Assembly (NCBI GenBank): GCA_043718025.1
Contig: JAYSWN010000012.1
Coordinates: 1 to 42,951 of the forward strand
Direction: 5' to 3'
DNA: 42,951 bases
Source: Pseudomonadota bacterium
GTDB taxonomy: Bacteria; Bdellovibrionota; FAC87; UBA2466
Made by a program: the position numbers and the translations under genes. Under the pieces are notes generated by a model, which saw only the letters and a list, made by a program, of their open reading frames with translations, made no database searches and was not told the origin of the DNA. Positions 18,530 through 28,300 of the stretch are shown here, piece by piece. Within the stretch, counting starts at the first letter, position 1. Every line of letters begins with the position of its first letter.

Positions 18530-19150
18530 GTGAACCTATTAACTCTCCCCTGGCTTGTGCTCTTTTCCAGCCTCGCTTTTGCTTCTAAAGCGCCCGTTGG
18601 CTACAAAGAAAAAGATTTAAACGAGGTAAAGCGGGCATTCAAATTTCACGGCAAACCTATTCATCCGCGCATCGTACATCGCCTTTCGGGGTGGCCTTCG
18701 GAGTCCGGTTACCCGACCGTCGTCACGGTGGATCTGGCACAAGCTGCCGGCAGCGCCGAATTTCCAGATGAGGAGGTGCTGGTCGATGGCCAGAAATTCA
18801 CCCATAAGGCGGGTGCCGAAGTTTTTTCTTACGAATGGCTCGGAGTGGTAAAGAGCGGCACTCACGTGCTTCTGGCGACGATGTGGGAAGAGGTTCCGGC
18901 CGCCGAAGCCGGATCAGGCGAGGTGCCCCTGCCGAAGAAACACAAAAAAATAATGTTTCTTCGCGCGGCGCGCGGAAAAGCCTTTTTGGATAGTGGCAAA
19001 CTTTACGACCGGTTACTGCTCACCGAAGAGCGCCGCTACCCATTAGGCGAAAAAGAAGAGGTCACCGCGAAGCTTGCCGGCGACCGCGTTACGCTAGAAA
19101 TCTCGGTTGCGGGCGGAAAAAAACGCACGGTCAACTTAGACATCCAATAA
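18530..19150 (+). CDS. Secreted hypothetical protein
   Basis: GTG at 18530 after AAGGAAGG; signal peptide MNLLTLPWLVLFSSLAFA|SK; beta-rich mature region with FKFHGKPIHP. Confidence 0.7.
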   Translation: MNLLTLPWLVLFSSLAFASKAPVGYKEKDLNEVKRAFKFHGKPIHPRIVHRLSGWPSESGYPTVVTVDLAQAAGSAEFPDEEVLVDGQKFTHKAGAEVFSYEWLGVVKSGTHVLLATMWEEVPAAEAGSGEVPLPKKHKKIMFLRAARGKAFLDSGKLYDRLLLTEERRYPLGEKEEVTAKLAGDRVTLEISVAGGKKRTVNLDIQ

Positions 19151-19179
19151 CCAAAGAAGTAGATGGGCACCTTTGGGGA

Positions 19180-21861
19180 TTATTCTTGATAGCCCTGGCG
19201 GAGGTAATCGTCGGTGTCTTCCTCTTTGGGACTGTCTTCGGGGAAACGGGAGGCTGGATTAGCGTCCATCGTGGTGGTGGCGGCCGCCCTAGTGGTTCCT
19301 GGCTCACCGACACGCGCTAAATTGTCGCCCCGGCTGTTAGGAACCATGCCGGTCTTAAATGCCACGCGGACGCGGCTCGCTGAGTTGGTCATGGCCAATT
19401 TACCGGTCTGCTTGTCGATGTAGGCAAACACGATGTCATCGGGTACCGGGAAATCACTTTTGGGATAGTCTTTACTTACCCTCGCCATGTACTCGGCAAA
19501 GATTGGTGCCGCCGCTTTACCGCCAGTTTCACCGGCGGCCAAAGGCTTGTCTTTCAAATAACCAATCCAAACTCCGGTCATCACGCTGGGCGTATAGCCA
19601 ATAAACCAAGCATCGCGATGGTCATTAGAAGTGCCGGTTTTTCCGGCCACCGGAACCGCAACTCCAGACCCTGCACCGCGGCCCGTGCCTTCGCGCACCA
19701 CGCCCTTGAGCATGTCGGTCATGAGGTAAGCCGTCTGCGGTGAAATCACCTCACCCGGGGCGAGATTTTGATCGAGGGATGACGTACCTGCTCTAGTCGG
19801 CGGAGGCGCCATCGACGCTTGAGAAGTGGCCCGCTGCGGAGTGGGCGAAGGCGAGGCCTCGGGCGTGATCTCTTCGATCACCTTGCCCTCTTCATCCATT
19901 ACCCGTTTGATAAAACGCAAGGCCACCGGTTTGCCTTGACGCGGAAAAATGGCAAAGGCGCGGGTGAGTTCATCTAAACTGCTCGACCAGCTGCCGAGGC
20001 CAATGCTTAGATCACGCGGCAGCGGTGAGGTAATGCCCATGCGGCGAGCGTATTCAATGCCGTAATCCACCGTAAGCTCGTTCAATAATTTTACCGTCGG
20101 AATGTTCATCGAGCGGATAAGCGCTAAGCGCAGCGGGATATCGCCTTCGAATGAGCCCGCGTAATTGTGCGGACGCCAATCCTCGCCGGTGTTGTCGGCA
20201 TCCAAGCCGCCTTCAAATTTAAAGACGATCGGCGCATCGGTAACGATCGACGCTGGAGAAAAACCTTTATCTAAAGCGGCCGCGTAAATTACCGGCTTGA
20301 AAGTCGATCCCACCTGACGCTTCGCCTGCAAGGCACAGTTGAATTTATTTTTTTCAAAATCGGTTCCGCCGAACATAGCGGCCACATCGCCACTGGCGTG
20401 ATCAAAGGAAAGGAGCGCACCCTGAATGTCGGGTTCTTGTTCAAGAACCACCGAGATGGCGCCGGTTTTGCGATCGATTGCGTCTACCCGCGTCCAGACC
20501 ACATCCCCATTTTTTAAAACGTCACCAATAGTTTTGGAAGGCTTGCCGTCAAATTTAACCCATTCGTAGCCCGGCGCAGTAAGCGTGGCTTGGGTCTGCC
20601 CAATCCACGCCTTACCGGAATTGTGCACCAGGTCGAGATCGGTCATCAACGTGGGGTAGAGTTCACCAATTTGCACGGGGGTGGGCCCGTAGTAAGGAGA
20701 ATCAGCGGCTTGAATAGTCGACAGATCCGGAATCAACTCCTTCTTTGCAACATTATCCGCGAAAGCCGACGGTAAGAGCCGGGTCGTTACCACCTTTTTG
20801 AGAACGGCTTCATGCTGAGCCACGAGAAACTCGTTAGTTTGTGCCGGCTCTAAATTTTTTAACGCACCACGCCAACCGAGCCGTTTATCGACTTCGCGCA
20901 AGCCCTTCATCATCGAAGCCTCGGCCTGCTTTTGATAAGCAAAATTTAAGGTCGTTTCTACGATCAGCCCTTCGGTCAGAACGCGCTCACTGCCGTACTT
21001 TCCCATCAAGTACTGTCGAACCACTTCGGTGAAAAAAGGCGCTTCCGTAAGATTGATGTCTTTAGTGGTCTTTAACTTTAGAATTTCGCCAAAAGCCTCG
21101 GCCGCCGTTTTAGGCTCGATAAAATTTTCTTCGACCATGCGTTTAAGCACATACTGTTGCCGCCGTTTGGCCAAATGCGGATTATGAAATGGATTCCAGT
21201 CATTGGGCCGCTGCGGTAAACCGGCAATCAATGAGCCTTCGGCGATGGTCAGCTCTTCCACCCTTTTCCCAAAGTAGTTTCGGGCCGCTGCGCCGATACC
21301 AAAGGCGCCATGGCCTAAATAAATTTCGCTCAAATAAAGATTGAGAATGTCGCTCTTAGTCAGCTCGCGTTCCATACGCCAGGCCAAAACCATTTCCCGC
21401 ACTTTTCGGGTGAGCTCTTTTTTCTTGGAGTTCAATAGAAGCGCCCGGGCCACCTGCTGAGTGATCGTACTGCCGCCCTGAGCGTAATGGCCGCGTATCA
21501 AGTTTGAGAGTGCGGCGCGGGCAATACCGGTGAAATCAATGCCCTTATGCCGATAAAAGCCAGAATCTTCCGCCGCTAAAAATGCCTGAATCACATGCTT
21601 AGGAATCTTTTCGAACTCCACCGGGTAACGACGTTCCGTCGTGAATTCGGCAATTAACTTCTTGTCGACCGAATACACTTGGGTGGCGTGAGAATGGCGA
21701 AACGCTTTCAACGAGGCCACGTCGGGAAGGCCCTTCAGCAGACTAAAGAATACGGAGGTAACCGCCAAGAGCCCCCCCAGAATTCCAAAAAAGGCAACGA
21801 GCGAAACCGTGCGAAACGTGGCTCGAAAAGTAAATTTGGGAAACTTCTTGGGAAACTTCAT
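19180..21861 (-). CDS. mrcA: Class A penicillin-binding protein 1A (GT51 + transpeptidase)
   Basis: N-terminal TM; GT51 motifs EDSGF.H.GID, GGSTITQQ and RKVRE; TP motifs STFK, SMN and KTGT. ATG 21861 (MKFPKK) is preferred over the 21900 start. Confidence 0.95.
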   Translation of the reverse strand: MKFPKKFPKFTFRATFRTVSLVAFFGILGGLLAVTSVFFSLLKGLPDVASLKAFRHSHATQVYSVDKKLIAEFTTERRYPVEFEKIPKHVIQAFLAAEDSGFYRHKGIDFTGIARAALSNLIRGHYAQGGSTITQQVARALLLNSKKKELTRKVREMVLAWRMERELTKSDILNLYLSEIYLGHGAFGIGAAARNYFGKRVEELTIAEGSLIAGLPQRPNDWNPFHNPHLAKRRQQYVLKRMVEENFIEPKTAAEAFGEILKLKTTKDINLTEAPFFTEVVRQYLMGKYGSERVLTEGLIVETTLNFAYQKQAEASMMKGLREVDKRLGWRGALKNLEPAQTNEFLVAQHEAVLKKVVTTRLLPSAFADNVAKKELIPDLSTIQAADSPYYGPTPVQIGELYPTLMTDLDLVHNSGKAWIGQTQATLTAPGYEWVKFDGKPSKTIGDVLKNGDVVWTRVDAIDRKTGAISVVLEQEPDIQGALLSFDHASGDVAAMFGGTDFEKNKFNCALQAKRQVGSTFKPVIYAAALDKGFSPASIVTDAPIVFKFEGGLDADNTGEDWRPHNYAGSFEGDIPLRLALIRSMNIPTVKLLNELTVDYGIEYARRMGITSPLPRDLSIGLGSWSSSLDELTRAFAIFPRQGKPVALRFIKRVMDEEGKVIEEITPEASPSPTPQRATSQASMAPPPTRAGTSSLDQNLAPGEVISPQTAYLMTDMLKGVVREGTGRGAGSGVAVPVAGKTGTSNDHRDAWFIGYTPSVMTGVWIGYLKDKPLAAGETGGKAAAPIFAEYMARVSKDYPKSDFPVPDDIVFAYIDKQTGKLAMTNSASRVRVAFKTGMVPNSRGDNLARVGEPGTTRAAATTTMDANPASRFPEDSPKEEDTDDYLRQGYQE

Positions 21862-21909
21862 AAAACTTTCACTGTTCCTTGGTCGGGCCCGGTTGGGCAA
21901 ATTTCATAA

Positions 21910-21970
21910 AGTTTTGGAGGAAGGCTAAGCAATTACTGTTGCTTAGCATAACAGAAATTCTTCCAAAACT
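21910..21970. repeat. Nested inverted repeat between the divergent mrcA and small RHH-like gene
   Basis: AGTTTTGGAGGAA (21910-22) pairs with TTCTTCCAAAACT (21958-70) at 12/13. It encloses the perfect pair GCTAAGCAA (21924-32) / TTGCTTAGC (21939-47). Confidence 0.8.
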
Positions 21971-22063
21971 CTCCCCGGGCGCCAAGCCCTTTTTCGGCCC
22001 GGGAAAGGGCCTATTTTCATCGGTCTTTTCAATCGCAAAATGAGGCGTTACCCTCTTTTTGCT

Positions 22064-22243
22064 ATGGAAAAAAAGTACAAACCTGAAGAGCTCGTTCCCA
22101 CGCCGTTTAACCTAAACGTTCGCGCCCACATCATTCGTGACCTGCGCGAAATGGAAAAAAAGACAAAGATGACGGTGGATGAGCTGGCTACCAAGGCCTT
22201 GCTCATGTTCATCGCCACTCACAACGACTATCTGGGGCGCTAG
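22064..22243 (+). CDS. Small ribbon-helix-helix-like DNA-binding protein
   Basis: 59 aa from ATG 22064: alternating beta strand FNLNV, helix AHIIRDLREMEKK, turn TKMT and helix VDELATKALLMFI, which is the RHH layout. Confidence 0.55.
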   Translation: MEKKYKPEELVPTPFNLNVRAHIIRDLREMEKKTKMTVDELATKALLMFIATHNDYLGR

Positions 22244-22319
22244 ACTTTTCCCCTCAGTCCTCTGCGTTGACGCACCGGTTTAAGGCGATGAGCTCGTAAT
22301 CGCGATCCCCGCCTCGAAA

Positions 22320-25300
22320 CTAGCGCGAGGGGGCAAACTTTTTCTGAATCACACCGTCTAATAGCTGCTGAAAGACCGCGGCCTCTTCATCCACCGGGGC
22401 TTGGGGTGCGGCCGCCTCGCCACCATTCAACCGCCGAGCCGCTCGCTCAATCATCTCTTTCTGCCATGCGTTGTCATTCTTAATGGCCAGAGAGTAGCGA
22501 ATCTGCAGTTCAGACATAATGGTCTCGGTTAGCTTTTCGTCGATACCGGCCGGAAGTTTGCGACCTTCCGGGCCAAACAGGGCCAACTTGAGCTCGGCAT
22601 AAACGTTGGTGCCATCTTTAGTGCGGTAACCCGACCGAGGAGCGTAGGTGAGGTACTGAAATAGCCCTTCCAGATCAGCGGCCAGCGCCGCATTTTTTTC
22701 GATGTCACGTGCCAGGGCCAGAATAACGTCTTCGGGCACACCCAATCGGCTGTGCAGGGCCATGGCTTCGGTGCCGATGCGCTGGGAAGCGTTCGGCCCC
22801 GGGGTCACGTGACGCACGCTAATGTCTAAGAGAGCATCGTTTAGCTTCTTTAAATGCAGTTCGGAAATCACTCCCTTTCCCTGGCCGATTAATGCTTTTT
22901 GCTCGGCAAAAATCTTGGCCAGATTTTTCAGTACCGTGGGGTCGGTAAGATCCATCTTGCCGGCCGTTCCAAATTGTTTGAAAGAGGCCACGACAAAGGT
23001 TTCCGCTTCACCCGGTAAAAAAGTAAAGGCGGCGTTGGGGTTTTTTACGTAATGCTCAAGTGCCAATTCAACAAAGCGATCTAAAGCCGCCCGATTCTTA
23101 AATCGTCCGGCCGCCTTAAGGTCATTCATGATCAAGGTCAGGTGCATCAGGCGCGAAATCTGCTCTTCGGGAGAAAGTCCTTTTAATAAGCCCTCCTCGC
23201 CTTTGGCCCAGCGCCCTAATAGATCAGTACGGCATTCGCCGAACCCACATTTTTTTGCCCTTGCCACCAAGGCGGCATCGTATTCTCTGGCGAGAACGTC
23301 GAAAAAGTGGTCGGTACTAAAGTCGACCTCATTAATACGTTCCGGGGCCGTGAATTCGACTTTGGGTTCAATCCGCTGCCGTACTCCGGGCAAATTCCGG
23401 CTCAATACTGTCTTCTCAGCCGCTATCGCCCGAGTCGTAACCACGCGGTGCATGACCGCACCCGATGGATCGCCTGCTTTTTCAGCGGCCAGGGCCAAGC
23501 GTTCTGACTGCGTCTGAAGTTGCTTCGAACGCGCGCTGACCACGCTCTCGCTCGGCGTGCCTTCCAACCCCAGCAACTTCAATCCGTCGTCTACGGTATC
23601 TTCGAAATGGTCGCCATAACGGCGCTGAAGCAGAGCCAAAAGATCCGAATTGCCTTCACTAGCCGCACTCAAACTACGACGACTTCTTACTAACGCGTCG
23701 GTAAAAATTTGCGACGGCATCAATTCGGCCGGCACATTGAGAGCTATGGCCAGCGTTTCGATATCACCTAAGTCTCGGGTCAGGGGATCGCCTTTTTTCA
23801 AAGTGGCGACGGCTCGATCGACCACCGAGGCCTCTACACCTAATTCTTTCGTGGCCTTGGCGGCCGCCTCAACGTTGGCCAGCTTGGGATAGGCGCCGCT
23901 GGCTTCAAGCCCGAGTAATTCACGAGATTCGGCTAGCGACATGGGCGATTCCGCTATTCGCTCGGTGTGTTTCAAGTGTTGATCAAGAATCCACTTCAAC
24001 AAGCGTTCGCGCTCGGCGGTGGTGGCTAGCCCTTCCGAAACTTCCATCGCACGCTGGTAAGAGATGGCAACGCGGTAAAGGCGTTCTGAATCTGCAGTGA
24101 GCTTGCCGTAACGGCGCATGGCGCCGAGCTCGCGTTCGAGTGCTTTGGCGTTGCCATTTCTAGCGAGTAAGTCCAATACCGGTTTAGAAAACTCTTCCGG
24201 CAGCGTTTTAGAATCTCGAACGGTCGCCAGCATCTGTGGCTTATCGTAAATAATTCCTACCGTGCGTTCGGCGACAATGCGCGCCATGGCGTCGGCTTCC
24301 GCCGAAGTCACCGCTTTCACCGCAAGCTCGCGTTCGAAGTGCAAGTTAAGTGCTTTCATCGAGCGATCGGCATGCTGGCGAACGTTGGTGTAATTAAGAC
24401 TATAGGCCCAGCCTTTATGCTGTTCGAGCCCCTTGACGAGCGTTTCTATCGCGTCGCGATCCTGCGCGGCCCGAGCTCGGGCCATACGTTCCACCTTTAC
24501 TTTGATTTCGGCAATGCGGGCGGACGGCAGTTTTTCTGCGATGGCTTTGGCTTCGGCAATTTCCACCGCTCTTTTCACCGCGGCTTCAAACTCTGCCTCT
24601 AGGTCGGTGCGCAGCTGGGCCGCACTCTTTATCTCGATCGGATTTTTTGGTGGCGGCGCATCCGCAATCGGAAGACGGGATTGGGTCTCGCCAATGGGCC
24701 GACGATCGGCTTCAAAGGGATCTTCCGCACCTTCTTCGCGAGGATTAAGTTCGCCTTCACGTTGGCCCATGCGCGTGAGGTGGTAGGCCATGATCGCGTA
24801 ATTTCCATCGGCCAGTGCTTTCATCATCTGACGATTCGGAAAGTAGCCGCCGGCGTTCATCACGCTGCGCAGCTCGAAGGCAACCTGGTTGATATCGGTG
24901 AGCGGCTCAAACTTGCCCTGAACCGCAATCTCTTCACCCATGATGGGTTCACGAAAACCGTCGGGCCGTTTAAAGGATTTGTACTTAACGCTCTTGGGAT
25001 CGAGCATGTTGAATATGAGTTCTTCTTCGGAAATCCGATATTCAGCGCTGTATTTACGAATGGCGTCTTCGCTTCTGATTTTCCAATCGGCGAGTCGGTT
25101 CACCAAATTGAGCTGGGTGCGCACTTCGGGCAGAAGGGCCAGTCCAAGTTCATTTAAAAACGCTTCCTTAAAATGGTGAATCTGACGCGGCGAAAAGCCT
25201 TTGAACACGTCATCGATCAGCGCTTGATATTTTTCAACCAATCGTGCCCGCCGTGGATCGGCGATTCCCACTACCGCCTCTTCAAAACAGTCGCGAAAAA

Positions 25301-28300
25301 ATTGGTATCGGGCCAATTCCATATCGAGGGCGGTCTCGTAATCACCCTCCAGGCCTTTAAAAACATCGTCGGTAAGGTTACGCGCGTCAGTCTGCAGAGC
25401 GCGAAACACGCGACGAACCGGTTTTGGTAAATCAAAAATCTTTCGGCTAAAATTTCTGGTGAAGATCTCCCACTTTTCTACCTTCATGCCGCCATTCAGC
25501 GACAGTTGATTCATATACGCAATCATGGCGAGCGTATTACGATCATAAAGGGCCACGATGTCTAAGTTGGCCCGCGCCACTAACCGAATCTGGCGCAGCT
25601 GCCGCACACTGCTCGACCAATTACTGACGCCGAAAAAGCTCATCCACAAGGGAGTGTGACGTAGAATTGGATCAGCCTCGATACCAATCAAAGAGACTAA
25701 CTCTCGCCCGTCAATCCGAACCCCCGGCTCTTTCAAACGGGCGATCAATTCACGAAGAAACTCAAGCCGCCGATTACTATTAGCGCGGGCGGTTGCAACC
25801 GAGGCCGCTTCGGCGCGCGCCCAGGCACGTCCCCAATTCAACGGATTGTATGTGCCCCACGACAGGGCGCCGTCTTTAATTGGACGGAGCCGTGCCCCAA
25901 TCCGCTGCCACAGTGTTTGCGAATCCATCGGCCCGCGAAACCAATCGCTCGCCCGGGCAAAGAAAGACCGTGAATCGGCCCCCGCCACTTGGGTGGCAGC
26001 GTGAGTTACGGCTACCTCGGCCTCATTCCACGCCCGCATCGTGCGCGGGTTCAGACCGAGTTGGCGGCAGAGCGACTCGTACTGAACGGTGGCATCATCG
26101 GCCAATAGCTTCGCCCCTGCTTCACTGGGATAAAGTGAATCACCCGGCCCGCGCTTGGCGCCTAGCAACTCTTGGTGGGCGATAAGCACACGGTTTAGCC
26201 CTTCTTGCTCTCCAAGTTCAGCCACTGAATTGAAAGCCGTGTTGCTCTTGCCCAGTCCTAAGTACTTTAAATAAGGTTTAAAGCGACGGTGTACCGGCCA
26301 CAGCGGATTGGCGTAGGAAAGCAGACGGGTTGCCCCCCCTTTTGCCCAACGCACGATGGGCCCCATGGCCTGCAAGCCGGCCGAAACGCCCCACAAATGA
26401 AACGCCCATCGCCACTTGCTCCGCTGATCGGTCGCCAATTTATTGTAGGCACCGGGAATCAACCGTGCCGTCTCATCTTTCATGAGCGGCGATTGCCCCG
26501 TGAATTGCGAATCGCGAACGCTGGTCAACAGAGCTAACTCTTCCGGACGACCCCAAAAATCTTCATAAACTTGGTAGATCTCCAGTCCCGCAAACCCTAA
26601 GGCGGCGGCGTAGCCGACGGTGGTGAGCAAGCCTTGCGCGGCCCGAGAACCCAGCAGCATTCTTGCGGCACCGGGATTGCTACGTCCCAAAAATACGATC
26701 GTTAGCGTAGTCATCGCCGTGTAGAAGACAAACTGCTCTACGTTCTTTGCGAACTTTTTTGAGTCGGCGGCTTCTCGCGCCATTTGCATGAGCAGGTGAC
26801 GGGCTTGCGAATTTTCGCCGTCTTTTATCCAGCCACTATCGAAGTACATCAGCTGTTGCAGCTGGTCCATCATCACCAGGCCAGACTCTTCGAGTAAGAG
26901 TTTGCGCTTTGCCTTGAACTCTTTTTCGGTAGTGATGTTCACCACCGAGGCCGATTCACATAAAAACTTGATGCGCGTATTAATGTTATTGGCTACCGCC
27001 ACCAAGCCACGGCGCACCTCAATTTTTTGCCCTTCCTGATTGTAGAATAGGTCGGCCACTTCGAGAATGTTGGTTACCACGTCGGCTTTGCGATCTCTAA
27101 AGGCCCGTTTGCGGGCGAGTTGCGACGCCCAATAGATGGCGCGTCCCATCAATTCACGGCGCTGATCGGCTAACGACTTATTGGGATCACCGGTAACTTT
27201 GAGTTCAGGCAACGGTTCTTGCGAGGCGTCCATCTGTTTAGCAAAAGCGGTGAGCATGGCTTTAAGCTCATCGGTGTATTGGCTACCGATTACGGCATCG
27301 GGGATGTCGTTTCCGCGGCCTTGGGCAAAACGAAAACTTTCGTGCGCGTAACGCAGATTCAGTTCATTTACCGTACGACGAAAATCGACCAGCGCTTCGC
27401 GCACGGTAAGCGTGCCGCTGATCTCTTCTTTCACGATTTTAATGCCGCGAATCTCCAGCATCTTCTGCATCGAAGCTAGGCGACCGGCATCAAAGTCGGT
27501 CTTACCAAATTGGGCCAGATCCCACTTTCCTTTTCCCGCGCGGAAACGTCCGCGAACTAAGGGATTGCCCTCACGTAAGTCTTTTTCGCCAAGCATCTCG
27601 CCTTGAACCGCGGCAAGCTGTTCGAACAGGGGTCGTTCGGGGCGATCGTTGGCGTTGGTGCGGTAGATTTGATAGAGGGCCGGATTTTCCGTGCGCGCCG
27701 CCCAATCATGATACTCGCGCGACGTCGCCAACTGCGATCGTTCGGTATCGTCTACAATCGGAAAGGGACGAAACGACATGGTCGCCCCCAAAAAGTTGGG
27801 ATTGTCGATTTGCGTTGCCTTAACCATCGTGCCCAAAAAGCGGCGATCACCGCTACCGACGAGAATCTCTTTTCGGCTTTCGGCAATGGCTAACCACTCT
27901 TCGGGGCCGCCGTGATTTTGCAACACCTTTTGCCAACCATTAATCGTGCGAAGATTAAGGCCGAGCGACAGCACCAGCTCTTCCATCAGCTTGGCCAAAT
28001 GGGCTTGGTGCGGAGGAAGAGCATAGGCGGTGGGTCCAATCGGCGGCTCGGATCCATAATGGAACATATTCCAGTTCAGCGACGCCAATAGATAGCCGTA
28101 GGTTCCCGGTGCAAAAGGGTGCTTGGCCAGATTATCGACGAGATCAGTGACACTTTTGGCCTGATCAATAATTCCCGACTTTAGCAGTTCATCAATTGAG
28201 GGGTAGAGGTTCCACAACCGCTTTCGCTCGAACTCTATCGTGCCCTTTGCCAAAATGGCGTAACCCAAAGTGGCCCCTTCAGATTTAGACCAACTACTAA

